Assembly: GCA_965116925.1 (NCBI GenBank) | Contig: OZ220744.1 | Location: 3,200,001-3,264,000, forward strand | DNA: 64,000 nt | Direction: 5' to 3' | Origin: Candidatus Poribacteria bacterium | Lineage (GTDB): Bacteria > Poribacteria > WGA-4E > PCPOR2b | In this document: positions 41,518-52,141 of the stretch, one piece after another | Numbering within the stretch: the first letter of the stretch is position 1 | Layout of the letters: each line of letters starts with the position of its first letter | Program-made: the position numbers and the translations under genes | The notes under the pieces: model-generated | Databases searched by the model: none | The model's input: only the letters and a program-made list of their open reading frames with translations | Told to the model about the DNA's origin: nothing

Positions 41518-41761
41518 TATAGTGAATCAGAGGAATAAGTGGACATTTACCAATAACTCTAACCTACGCAAAGTCTCCCAAGTCCCCCTGACAAGGGGGA
41601 TTTAGGGGGTTGGCTGTGCATTGGGAGTGTCTCACTAATTCTATAGTGAATTCAAAAAATAAATGAACACTTTCGCTCCCCATGTTTAGTAGGTGCTGTT
41701 TGCAACTGCGCCGATTTTGGGTGTTTCATTAATTCTAAGATCCACTATAAAATCTACCATA
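41518..41761. mobile_element. family-A MITE with a second family-A MITE (41642..41749) inserted at a TA in its right end
   Basis: ...CTAATTC|TA-TAGTGAATTC...ATCCACTA-TA|AAATCTACCATA. Confidence 0.8.
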
Positions 41762-41818
41762 ATACACAATGCTAGAGCTATTCGTCTCTTTTCACTTATG
41801 ACTTGGGAGAAAAATGAT

Positions 41819-42688
41819 ATGGCAAATACAATCAACCCACCGCAGATCCGACACATGGCAACGCTCTGGACCTTGACAGACTATGGCGATGCTGCTGGAG
41901 AATGGTCCACCGATCGGAAGATCGAGGAGATCAAAAATGCCGGGTTCGACGGTTTTCTCGGTCGGGTGCCGGTCGTCACCGCCGAGCATGTCCAACAGTC
42001 TGGGTTGTTGTTCGCAGCGACTGTAGATATAGGAGAAGCAGCAGAGGTTGAGCCAAAACTTCAGGCAATTAAAGAGGTGGGGGCGGTCTGTGTCAACGTG
42101 CAGATGCTCGATCACGATACCCCGACGAACGAAGCGATAACGCGGGCACGTCAAGTCATGGAAACCGCGGGCAGGCTAGAGATGGATGTCGCTATTGAGG
42201 TGCACCGCGACACCTGCACTGAGACGCCAGAAAAGGCTTATGCGCTCGCAGAAGGTTTCGAGGAAGCGGAGGGACGACCCCTAAAGATGACGTGGGATTT
42301 CTCGCACCCCGCTATCATCAAGCACCTATCGCCACCGTACTGGGACCGACTGGCAGAACGCGTCGACCTTATCCAACTCGCCCAGCAGTTCCACTTCCGT
42401 CCCTTTAACGGGCACCACTGCCAGATTCCTGCGCTCGGTCACAATGGCGAGTTCACGCCGGAGTTCTTGGACTGGCTTGAGTTTGCGGATCGGCTCATCG
42501 AGGTGTGGCTACAAGCGGCGACGCCGGGGCGAGAGATGTTTGTCTGTCCAGAACAAGGTGCGATGGGCTATACGCTGTCCGTCTTTCCGGATCGATGGAA
42601 GGATGTGCAAGCCATTCGCGGTGAGGTAGAGCGAGTTTGGCAAAAGCACATCAAAAACTGGATGCCACCGCAATCGAATGAAACGTGA
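41819..42688 (+). CDS. xylose isomerase-like TIM barrel protein
   Basis: IEVHRDT, WDFSH, CPEQG. Confidence 0.75.
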   Translation: MANTINPPQIRHMATLWTLTDYGDAAGEWSTDRKIEEIKNAGFDGFLGRVPVVTAEHVQQSGLLFAATVDIGEAAEVEPKLQAIKEVGAVCVNVQMLDHDTPTNEAITRARQVMETAGRLEMDVAIEVHRDTCTETPEKAYALAEGFEEAEGRPLKMTWDFSHPAIIKHLSPPYWDRLAERVDLIQLAQQFHFRPFNGHHCQIPALGHNGEFTPEFLDWLEFADRLIEVWLQAATPGREMFVCPEQGAMGYTLSVFPDRWKDVQAIRGEVERVWQKHIKNWMPPQSNET

Positions 42689-42811
42689 TGTCCCGTTCCG
42701 AGGATTCCGATAAAGCGGGACGTGAAACGTGCAGAGGAATACCCCCCGAATTGCGACCTGTTTCACGCCAATTGTACAAACTTTAGCAAAAAAACCTTAA
42801 AGGAGATTTTC

Positions 42812-45523
42812 ATGATAACCACTCAGATTAAACCCAGTTTTTTGTTTTACACCTTTACGTTGTTCGTATGCCTCAATTCCTTTTTCCTAAGCAACACCGA
42901 TGCACAAACCGATAATGACTCAACTCCCCCACCGCCTGAATTCAATTTCACTTATGAGAGCATTGATGTGCCGGGCGTAGAGTTCTTAGCGTTGACGGCG
43001 AGTTCCGACTTTGAGGATTACGCAGGCTACACGAAAAGTGCGGAGGGTGAAAAAATGGTCGCCTTCACGCTCATTGACGGCGTTTTTACGACGTATGACT
43101 TCCCCGGTTCACAGAACACTTACTTCTATGCCCTTGGCAATAATGGGTTAGCTGCGGGACACTACGAAGATAGTGATGGGCTTCATCACGGTGTCATCTT
43201 AGAAGATGGTGAATTGCGGCAATATGATTTTCCGGGTGCCGTCCAAACGGAGATATACGGTTACAGTGATTCAAGGGAGGTATTGACAGGTAGTTTTATA
43301 GATGCGTCTGGAGTGCGCCGTGGCTTCTCAGGAGACATAATCGTTGAGGCACCTGAGGCAACAGCAACTTATGCTGATTTTGTAAACGCGAGTGGTGCTA
43401 TCACAGGAAGTTACATAGGGGCTGATGGTCTATATTATCCATACGTGCGTACCCTGAATGGCACATTTGTAATTCACGACTATCTGGATTCATCAACTCT
43501 GGAATACTTTTTTGTGCACGGTCTCACTGATACAAGGATTATCGTTGCACGAGCTAAAGCGATAGGTGATATTCCACGCTCCTATGTTGGCACCTCCCAG
43601 CAAGGATTATCTGAATTACAGTTTCCGGGCAGTGTTAGCACAGAGGGTTGGAATATCAATCAAGATGGGTCTGCCGTCGGGTATTATGACGCTGCGGATG
43701 GACGTAGACACGGATTTATCGCCAGACCCACTGCGGAAACTGCTGCAAAATTCAGAGATATAGCTTATCCCCCACCGCCTGAATTCAATTATATTTATGA
43801 GAGCATTGATGTTCCGGGCGTAGATTTTTTAGCATTGACAGCGAGTAGCGACTTTGGGGGTTATGCAGGCTACGTGCGGAGTCCTGATGGTGAAAAAGAA
43901 GTTGCGTTTACGCTCATTGACGGTGTGTTTACAACGTATGATTTCCCCGGCTCACAGAACACCTATTTCTATGCACTCGGCAATAATGGGTTAGCTGCAG
44001 GGCACTACGAGGATAGCGATGGTCTATATCACGGTGTCATTCTGGAAAATGGGGAACTGCGCCAATACGATTTTCCGGATGCGGTCCAAACGGAGATATA
44101 TGGTTTCAGTGATGCAACGGGTGTGCTGACGGGTAATTTTATAGATGCTTCTGGGGTTCGTCGTGGATTCTCAGGGGACTTAATCGTTGAAGTGCCTGAT
44201 GCAGCAGCAACATACGCCGATTTTGTGAACTCACAAGGTCTTGTCGTAGGCAGCTACATGGATGCTGATGGTTTATTTCATGCATACGCGCGCACCTTGA
44301 CTGGTCGGTTTATACTTCTTGACTATCTTGAACCGCTAAACCTGGAATACTTTTTTTTACACGGTATTAACGATGGAGGGGGAAGGGGTGTATTTGTGAT
44401 TGCCCGATCCAAATTTGTGGATGATATTCCACGCTCCTATGTCGGCTCATATCTGCACGGGCTACACGAATTGTGGTTTCCGGGTAGCGTCAGCACGGAA
44501 GGCTGGAATATCAACCAGGATGGCTCTGTTGTCGGACACTATGATTCAGCGGACGGGCGAAGACACGGGTTTATCGCCAGACTCGGCACTAAATCAGAGA
44601 GCGATTATTTTAGTAACGCCTTCAACGTCACGCTGGCTAAAGGTCTAAACATGATTTCTGTGCCGTTGGCACCACCAGCACCGATGACCGCCAAGACACT
44701 TGCCGCGCTGACAGGGGCGACAACCGTCATTACCCTCGATACGGCACACCAGCAATTTATCGGGTGGACACCAACCGCACCGGACGACGGTTTTGCAATT
44801 GAAGGTGGAAAAGGATATATCGTCAATGTTCTAGACACTCGCCAATTCGCCTTCGTCGGATCCGAGTGGACAAATCAGACCGAACGCGCTGCAGCAGCAC
44901 CTGCCATACCCGCGAATCCACTCCAAGAAGCGTGGGCGTTTGTTGTAAGCGGGCACTTGGAAGGCAAACCAGCATTTGACGGTTATCAGGTGATCGTCCG
45001 TAACCTGAGAACCAACCACATGATAACCACTTCAGTGCAAGGGGATTACTTCGCTGCTGCAAACGCCGACTTGGCGCGCCGGAGTGTTGTCCAAGTGGGA
45101 GATGTGATTGAAGTCCGTGTTATCGGTCCGAGTGGAAATGTTGAATCAGACACACTCAATTATCAAGTGACCCCTGAGGACCTAGCAAACGCAGTTTTAT
45201 CTATCAGGCTTGATAGTATCGGTCAACCGAAACTGACGCAGCTGTTGCAGAACTTCCCCAATCCGTTCAACCCGGAGACATGGATTCCATACCAACTTGA
45301 AACATCGGCAGATGTCACGCTACAAATTTATGACACGTCTGGTGATATCGTGCGGACACTGGATCTCGGTTTCAAAGGACAAGGATTCTATACGACGCGC
45401 TCTCGGGCCGCGTACTGGGACGGACGCAACAACTTGGGTGAGCAGGTTGCCTCTGGGATTTACTTCTACAGTTTGCATACCCCCGACTTTTCAGCAACGC
45501 GGAAGATGCTGATTTTGAAGTAG
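42812..45523 (+). CDS. secreted repeat (HAF-like beta-propeller x2) protein with a C-terminal FlgD/T9SS-like domain; paralog A
   Basis: AAGGAG RBS, signal peptide, two ~270-aa modules of (YDFPG...G.Y.D.DG..HG) repeats, LLQNFPNPFNPETWIPYQL...RKMLILK. Confidence 0.85.
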   Translation: MITTQIKPSFLFYTFTLFVCLNSFFLSNTDAQTDNDSTPPPPEFNFTYESIDVPGVEFLALTASSDFEDYAGYTKSAEGEKMVAFTLIDGVFTTYDFPGSQNTYFYALGNNGLAAGHYEDSDGLHHGVILEDGELRQYDFPGAVQTEIYGYSDSREVLTGSFIDASGVRRGFSGDIIVEAPEATATYADFVNASGAITGSYIGADGLYYPYVRTLNGTFVIHDYLDSSTLEYFFVHGLTDTRIIVARAKAIGDIPRSYVGTSQQGLSELQFPGSVSTEGWNINQDGSAVGYYDAADGRRHGFIARPTAETAAKFRDIAYPPPPEFNYIYESIDVPGVDFLALTASSDFGGYAGYVRSPDGEKEVAFTLIDGVFTTYDFPGSQNTYFYALGNNGLAAGHYEDSDGLYHGVILENGELRQYDFPDAVQTEIYGFSDATGVLTGNFIDASGVRRGFSGDLIVEVPDAAATYADFVNSQGLVVGSYMDADGLFHAYARTLTGRFILLDYLEPLNLEYFFLHGINDGGGRGVFVIARSKFVDDIPRSYVGSYLHGLHELWFPGSVSTEGWNINQDGSVVGHYDSADGRRHGFIARLGTKSESDYFSNAFNVTLAKGLNMISVPLAPPAPMTAKTLAALTGATTVITLDTAHQQFIGWTPTAPDDGFAIEGGKGYIVNVLDTRQFAFVGSEWTNQTERAAAAPAIPANPLQEAWAFVVSGHLEGKPAFDGYQVIVRNLRTNHMITTSVQGDYFAAANADLARRSVVQVGDVIEVRVIGPSGNVESDTLNYQVTPEDLANAVLSIRLDSIGQPKLTQLLQNFPNPFNPETWIPYQLETSADVTLQIYDTSGDIVRTLDLGFKGQGFYTTRSRAAYWDGRNNLGEQVASGIYFYSLHTPDFSATRKMLILK

Positions 45524-45568
45524 CCCCGTAGGTTGGGTAGAGCGTTAGCGAAACCCAACATAATCAAC

Positions 45569-45909
45569 TATAGTGGATTCTAAAAATAAATAGACACTTT
45601 CGTCCTTTGGTAGGTGCGGTTTCCAACCGCACCGCATCGGCACATTAGAAACAGTGCCTACCAAGCGGGAGAACAGTAGGTGCGGTTTCCTAACCGCACC
45701 GGTTTCAAGTGTCTCATTAATTCTAATATCCACTATAAATTATAGTTAGGAGTTACGCAGTTGAATGTTCAACGTTTTGTAGTTCGGCGATTTATTGCCT
45801 CTGCACACCCGTCCCAACGCCCGATTCATCGGGCAACTACAACAGAGATTCCATAAGGGATTCGTAGGGAACGCAGATCTGCGTTCCCTACTGAAGTGCG
45901 TAAGTCCTA
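45569..45909. mobile_element. adjacent family-A MITE (45569..45737) and family-C MITE (45747..45909, duplication ATAGT)
   Basis: Terminal sequences as in the other copies; several GTAG hairpins inside. Confidence 0.75.
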
Positions 45910-45954
45910 ATAGTAATGGACAACATTAGTCCACCAAAAAGGAGCTTTTTCTCT

Positions 45955-48627
45955 ATGCACAATCAGACCAAACCCAGTTTTCTGTTTTACACCTTTACGT
46001 TGTTCGTATGCCTCAATTCCTTTTTCCTAGGGAATAGTGCTGCACAAGTCCAAGATGAACCCGTTGGTATATCTGCCAACTATACTTTTGAAACGATTGA
46101 TGTTCCGGGAGTAGATTTTCTGGCGTTGGCTGCGAGTAGTGACTTTGAGGATTACGCGGGCTACACACTGAGTCCTGATGGTGAAAAGGAGGTCGGCTTT
46201 ACACTCATCGATGGCGTTTTTGAGACCTATGATTTCCCCGGCTCGCAGAAAACGCATTTCTATGCACTTGGTAATAATGGGCTAGCTGCGGGTCACTACC
46301 AAGATAGCGACGGTCTGTATCACGGCGTTATCGTGGAAAATGGCGAAATGCGGCAATACCATTTCCCGGGTGCTGTCCAAACGGAAATATACGGGTATAG
46401 TGATTCGACGGGGGCACTGACGGGTAATTTTACCGATGCTTCCGGCGTTCGCCGTGGATTCTCAGGAGATGAAATCATTGAGTATCCCGGGGCAACGGAA
46501 ACGTATGCCGATTTTGTGAGCACGATAGACAATGTCGTGGGTAGCTACGTAGATGCTGAAGGCACATATCATGCATACCTGCGTGGACCGGGGGGTAGCT
46601 TTGCAACGCTCGACCTTCCACTCAAAGGAGAATTGGACTACTTTTTTCTCCACGGTATCAACAGCGCCCTGATTGCCGTCGGTCGAGCCAAAGCGGTGGG
46701 TGATGTCCCGCGCACCTATGCCGGCAACCCCGTCGGTCTACAAGAATTGAAGTTTCCGGGCAGCGTCAGCACGGAAGGCTGGAATGTTAATCAGGACAAC
46801 TCTATCGTGGGCCACTATGACTCAGCGGATGGACGTAGACACGGGTTTATCGCTAGACCGAAAGAGGGGACTCCACAAGCACGACCCGGTGTTGTGCCTC
46901 CTGCCCTCAACTATACCTTTGAGAGTATTGATGTTCCGGGTGTCGAGTTTTTAGCGGTAACTGCCAGTAGCGACTTTGAGGATTTCGCCGGCAATATGCG
47001 GAGTGCTGATAGTGAAAAAGATATCGGCTTTACACTCATCAATGGCGTTTTTACGACCTATGATTTCCCTGGCTCGCAGGGGACCTATTTCTACGCGCTC
47101 GGCAATGATGGAACAGCTGCCGGGCACTACCAGGATAGCGATGGTCTTTACCACGGTGTTATCCTGAAAGATGGCGAAATGCGGCGATACGATTTTCCCG
47201 GTGCCGTTCAAACAGAGATATACGGTCTTAGCGATGCAACGGGGGCACTGACAGGTAATTTTATAGATGCTGATGGTGTTCGCCGCGGGTTCTCAGGGGA
47301 TACAATAGTTGAGCGTCCCGGAGCATCGGCAACTTATGCCGATTTTGTAAGTTTCGTAGGCAATGTCGTGGGCAGCTACGTGGATACTGAAGGTGTATAT
47401 CATGCATATATGCGTAGTCCGGTGGGCAGATTTCTATCTATTGACCTTCCAAACGCAACAAATCTGGAATACTTTTTTCTGCACGGTCTCAACAATGCAA
47501 GGGCTGTCGTTGGGCGAGCCAAAGCGGTGGGTGATGTCCCACGCACCTATGTCGGCAGCCCCCTCAACCTACAGGAATTGCATTTTCCGGGTAGCGTCAG
47601 CACGGAAGGCTGGAATATCAATCAGGACGGCTCCGTCGTCGGACACTATGACTCAGCAGATGGGCGCAGACACGGGTTTGTTGCCAGACTCGTCCCTCAG
47701 GCAAAGAGCGATTATTTTGGCAACGTCTTCAACGTCACGCTGGATAAAGGTTTGAACATGATTTCCGTGCCGTTGGCACCACCAGCACCGATGACCGCTA
47801 AGAGCCTTGCCGCGCTGACAGGAGCCACAACCGTTATCACACTCGATACGGCACACCAGCAATTTATCGGGTGGACACCAACCGCACCGGACGACGGGTT
47901 TTCTATTGAAGGTGGAAAAGGTTATATCGTCAATGTTCCGGAAACCCGCCAATTTGCCTTCGTCGGATCAGAGTGGACAAGTCAAACGGAGGCTGCAGCA
48001 GCACCTTCGATATCCGTGGAACCACTCCAAGACGCATGGGCGTTCGTGGTCAGTGGTCATCTGGAAGGTAAACCAGCATTTGACGGCTACCAAGTCATCG
48101 TCCGTAACCAAAGAACAAACAGGGCGATAACCACCTCGGTGCAAGGTGACTATTTCGCTGCCGCAACCGCCGACTTGACGCGGCGCAGCGTTGTCCAAGT
48201 AGGAGATGTGATTGAGGTCCACGTTATCGGTCCCGACAAAAATGTTGAATCACACACCCTCAACTTTGAAGTAACCCCTGAGAGCATAGCAGACGCGGTT
48301 TTGTCTATCAGACTTGATAGTATCGGCAAACCGAAGCTGACGCAGTTGTTGCAGAACTTCCCCAATCCGTTCAACCCCGAAACATGGATTCCATATCAGC
48401 TTGAAACATCGGCAAATGTCACCCTCCACATTTACGACACAACGGGGGGGATCGTGCGGACACTCCATCTCGGTTTCAAACCGCAGGGGTTCTATATGAC
48501 CCGCTCCACCGCGGCATATTGGGATGGACGGAACAACATGGGTGAGCAGGTGGCATCCGGCGTTTACTTCTACAGCTTGCAGACCCCTGACTTTTCGGCG
48601 ACACGAAAGATGCTCATCTTGAAATAG
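45955..48627 (+). CDS. secreted repeat (HAF-like beta-propeller x2) protein with a C-terminal FlgD/T9SS-like domain; paralog B
   Basis: Same architecture as 42812..45523; leader KPSFLFYTFTLFVCLNSFFL is identical. Confidence 0.85.
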   Translation: MHNQTKPSFLFYTFTLFVCLNSFFLGNSAAQVQDEPVGISANYTFETIDVPGVDFLALAASSDFEDYAGYTLSPDGEKEVGFTLIDGVFETYDFPGSQKTHFYALGNNGLAAGHYQDSDGLYHGVIVENGEMRQYHFPGAVQTEIYGYSDSTGALTGNFTDASGVRRGFSGDEIIEYPGATETYADFVSTIDNVVGSYVDAEGTYHAYLRGPGGSFATLDLPLKGELDYFFLHGINSALIAVGRAKAVGDVPRTYAGNPVGLQELKFPGSVSTEGWNVNQDNSIVGHYDSADGRRHGFIARPKEGTPQARPGVVPPALNYTFESIDVPGVEFLAVTASSDFEDFAGNMRSADSEKDIGFTLINGVFTTYDFPGSQGTYFYALGNDGTAAGHYQDSDGLYHGVILKDGEMRRYDFPGAVQTEIYGLSDATGALTGNFIDADGVRRGFSGDTIVERPGASATYADFVSFVGNVVGSYVDTEGVYHAYMRSPVGRFLSIDLPNATNLEYFFLHGLNNARAVVGRAKAVGDVPRTYVGSPLNLQELHFPGSVSTEGWNINQDGSVVGHYDSADGRRHGFVARLVPQAKSDYFGNVFNVTLDKGLNMISVPLAPPAPMTAKSLAALTGATTVITLDTAHQQFIGWTPTAPDDGFSIEGGKGYIVNVPETRQFAFVGSEWTSQTEAAAAPSISVEPLQDAWAFVVSGHLEGKPAFDGYQVIVRNQRTNRAITTSVQGDYFAAATADLTRRSVVQVGDVIEVHVIGPDKNVESHTLNFEVTPESIADAVLSIRLDSIGKPKLTQLLQNFPNPFNPETWIPYQLETSANVTLHIYDTTGGIVRTLHLGFKPQGFYMTRSTAAYWDGRNNMGEQVASGVYFYSLQTPDFSATRKMLILK

Positions 48628-48703
48628 AAAGCACCAAAAGAAACCGAGTTTTTTCTTCAAAGCTCGGTTTCTCTCCATCCACACTGAACCCAAGGAGATA
48701 ACC

Positions 48704-50521
48704 ATGAATTACCCTATAAAAATGAAACTTCCCTTGTTTATATGTCTAATTATCTGTTTCATCGGATATGCCGTTGCCCGAATTGATGCCGAAACACCGA
48801 TTGCAGATTATACCTTTGAGACCATCGAAGCCCCTGGTGTCGATTTTTTGGAAGTGGCTGCAAGTAACGATTTCGGGGATTACGCAGGGAACACGCGGAG
48901 CCCTGATGGCGAGAAAACCATCGGCTTCACATTGATAGACGGCATTTTTACAACGTACGACTTTCCGGGTTCCGTCAATACCTTTTTCTATGCACTCGAC
49001 AACACCGGAAAAGCAGCCGGACACTACAAAGATATAGATGGACTCTACCACGGCGTTATCTTAGAAGGTGGTGAACTGCGACAATACGATTTTCCCGGTG
49101 CAGCCGAAACCCACATCTACGGTATTAGTGATGAAACGGGGTCCCTGAGCGGTAACATCGTAGATGAAGCGGGTGTCACCCACGCCTTTTCAGGCGATTT
49201 GATCATTACATTCCCGGGTGCAGTCAACACTTACGGAGACTTTGTCAACGCCGCAGGGGCCGTCGTCGGCAGCTACATTGATGCCGATGGAATGTTTCAC
49301 GGGTTCATACGGCACCCCGATGGCAGTTTCACCACCATAGACCTCCCAGAAATGCCGAATCTTCAATTCCTATTTGTAAACACCATCACCGATTTCGGGG
49401 CTGTCGGTTTCAGAGCCAAAGCTGCAAACGATATTCTGCGGTCCTATATCCTCATGCCAGATGGCACCCTCTATGAAGTACGGATCCCAGATAGTGTTAT
49501 CACTGTCGTCCGAAATGTTAATCAGGATGGAAGTATTGTCGGGTTTTATGACTTAGCAGATGGACGTAGACACGGTTTCCTCGGTAGACCTAAAACACAA
49601 TCAACCGGAGAAGGTTTCGGCAATATTTTTTCTATGCACCTCTCTGAAGGTTTGAACATGCTGTCTGTGCCCCTGAAACCGACTGTCCACATGACAGCCC
49701 GCTCGCTTGCAGTAAAGACAGGGGCGACCACGGTCATTACACTTGATGCCGCAAATCAGCAATTCGTCGGGTGGACCCCAGATGCACCGGACGACGGATT
49801 TTCCATCGAAGGGGGAAAAGGGTACATCGTCAATCTACCAAAGGCGCGCGACATTGTCTTCACAGGGACAGCGTGGACAAGTCAGAGGCAAGTCCCCGCA
49901 GCACCCCTTGCCACAACACCCTATCAGACATGGGCATTCGTTGTTAGTGGGTATCTAGGAGGTATCCAGCAGTTCAACGATTATCTGGTCACAGTCCGAA
50001 ACCTTCGGACCAACACCGTCATGGAAGCCCAAGTGCGTGATAATTACTTCGCCGCTGCGACCGCTGACTTAGCGCGGCGGAGTGTTGTCGAAGTTGGAGA
50101 TGTGATGGAAGTCCGTGTTATCGGTCCGGATAGAAATATTGAATCACACGCGCTCAGTTATAAGGTGACCCCTGAAGACTTGGCAAACGCAGTTTTGTCT
50201 ATCAGGCTTGATAGTATCGGTCAACCGAAACTGACTCAGTTGTTGCAGAACTATCCGAATCCGTTCAATCCTGAAACATGGATTCCATATCAACTCTCGG
50301 AAGACAGTCTTGTCGCATTATCCATTTACGATACAACGGGCAAGCTAATTCGCACCCTTCCGCTCGGTTATCAATCCGCAGGTTTTTACTATAGTCGAGA
50401 GCGTGCCGCTTATTGGGATGGACGCAATGAAACCGGTGAGTCGGTTGCAAGTGGTATCTATTTTTACCAGTTGACAACACCATCGTTCCATCAAACACGG
50501 CGACTCGTCATCATAAAATAG
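48704..50521 (+). CDS. secreted repeat (HAF-like beta-propeller x1) protein with a C-terminal FlgD/T9SS-like domain; paralog C
   Basis: One repeat module, shared GLNM.SVPL...WAFVVSG region, NYPNPFNPETWIPYQL. Confidence 0.85.
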   Translation: MNYPIKMKLPLFICLIICFIGYAVARIDAETPIADYTFETIEAPGVDFLEVAASNDFGDYAGNTRSPDGEKTIGFTLIDGIFTTYDFPGSVNTFFYALDNTGKAAGHYKDIDGLYHGVILEGGELRQYDFPGAAETHIYGISDETGSLSGNIVDEAGVTHAFSGDLIITFPGAVNTYGDFVNAAGAVVGSYIDADGMFHGFIRHPDGSFTTIDLPEMPNLQFLFVNTITDFGAVGFRAKAANDILRSYILMPDGTLYEVRIPDSVITVVRNVNQDGSIVGFYDLADGRRHGFLGRPKTQSTGEGFGNIFSMHLSEGLNMLSVPLKPTVHMTARSLAVKTGATTVITLDAANQQFVGWTPDAPDDGFSIEGGKGYIVNLPKARDIVFTGTAWTSQRQVPAAPLATTPYQTWAFVVSGYLGGIQQFNDYLVTVRNLRTNTVMEAQVRDNYFAAATADLARRSVVEVGDVMEVRVIGPDRNIESHALSYKVTPEDLANAVLSIRLDSIGQPKLTQLLQNYPNPFNPETWIPYQLSEDSLVALSIYDTTGKLIRTLPLGYQSAGFYYSRERAAYWDGRNETGESVASGIYFYQLTTPSFHQTRRLVIIK

Positions 50522-50667
50522 GGGCAAGTCGAGATTCAAATCTCGACATCGCAGTGTAGGGGCAGGTCTTGTGCCTGCCCAAAATGATGAGTAACCCCGT
50601 AGGTTGGGTAGAGCATTAGCGAAACCCAACACGATGAACTGAAATGAAGCGAAGGAGGACAAAAAGG

Positions 50668-51504
50668 ATGCCTGTTTTGACAGCAGAAGACCGAAAGTTC
50701 TGGAAAGAAAACGGTTACGTTGTCGTTCACAACGCCGTTCCACCCGAAAATCTCAAAGCTGCCGAGCAAGCTGTATGGGATTTTTTGGAGATGCAGCCCG
50801 ACGATCCGGACAGCTGGTATCCCGACCCGCCTCGTTCCACCATCATGACCGAGATGTATCAACATCAGGCACTATGGGACAACCGACAGTATCCTCGCGT
50901 TCATCAAGCATTTGCGGAGATTTGGGAGACCGAAAAGTTGTGGGTGAGCATTGACCGCGCCAGCATGAACCCACCGGAGTTACCAGATTGGAAACACCCC
51001 GGCAAACTTCACTGGGATACCCAATTAGAACCGCCAATCGAATTCTGGGTTCAAGGCGTGCTATACCTGACAGACACCGCAGCCGATCAGGGGGCATTCA
51101 CCTGTGTACCGGGATTCCACCACCAACTGGACGCCTGGCTGAAAGACCTACCATCGGATGCGAATCCACGCGAGCAAGATCTGGAAAGCCTTGGCGCACA
51201 ACCAGTTCCCGGCGCAGCGGGCGATCTCATCATCTGGCACAGTGCCTTGCCCCACGGCAGCAGTTCTAACACAGCAACGGACCCACGGGTGGTACAGTAC
51301 ATCACCATGTTCCCATCGCACGGATATGACGAAGACGCACGAAACCATCGCATCAAAGCGTGGCAAGAACGCCTAGCAGGACTGGTCATAGAGGTCACCG
51401 GTATAACGACATGGGAACTCCGAAACGAGAAAGAGCATCAAGCAGGTCAAACCGCAGAACTGTCCCCGCTCGGACGAAAATTGTTGGGATTGGATCAATG
51501 GTAA
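50668..51504 (+). CDS. phytanoyl-CoA dioxygenase (PhyH) family
   Basis: F..NGYVVV, LHWD, VPGFH, GDLIIWHSALPHG. Confidence 0.88.
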   Translation: MPVLTAEDRKFWKENGYVVVHNAVPPENLKAAEQAVWDFLEMQPDDPDSWYPDPPRSTIMTEMYQHQALWDNRQYPRVHQAFAEIWETEKLWVSIDRASMNPPELPDWKHPGKLHWDTQLEPPIEFWVQGVLYLTDTAADQGAFTCVPGFHHQLDAWLKDLPSDANPREQDLESLGAQPVPGAAGDLIIWHSALPHGSSSNTATDPRVVQYITMFPSHGYDEDARNHRIKAWQERLAGLVIEVTGITTWELRNEKEHQAGQTAELSPLGRKLLGLDQW

Positions 51505-52141
51505 GTAAAGTATTAGGCACGCTCCGCGTGCCGTAAACTCAGGAGCGGTTATGGTAGTAGGCATACTCCGTATGCCGTAACCTGCCCCCATTTCCATAGG
51601 TCGGGCATCCCCGGTCACGGGATCCTCTCGGACTTGCCCGACTCTTCGTATGGAACGCAGATCTGCGTTCCATACACAGTATCTACTTTCGCTCCAGAGG
51701 AGCGATATGTCTATAGAATCACAATCACCCAATACCTGCGCTCCAGAGGAGCGCAATGTGTACGGGTGCTTAATGAACTCATGAATTGCCAAAGTCCCTG
51801 CGAGGCGATATCCGTATAGCAAACTATTGTGATAGAAAACTCTAATAAGTGTCAAGTGGAAAATAGGTGGATTAAAGATAACCTAAGTTACTAGGGATGT
51901 GCGGCGCAATAAAATAGATCCTTATACCCGTAGGTTGGACAAGATGCCCGACCCCAAAAGCCCCAGTTTTCTGAATCCCGATTTATTGAGGAGGGGCGAC
52001 ATGTATATAGCACATCGGTAAACCAATTTCCCCAAGCCCCAGCGGGGCTGACAAAATCTAACAAAATCTAACACTTTTGGTAGAATTAACGTCAATTTTA
52101 GATGATTTACCTCATTATTAATCTAGACGAGGAAACGACAA

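Noticed and set aside
42812..50521. Diversity-generating retroelement acting on the paralogs
   Set aside because: No reverse transcriptase is present, and the differences are not visibly adenine-specific or confined to a TR/VR pair
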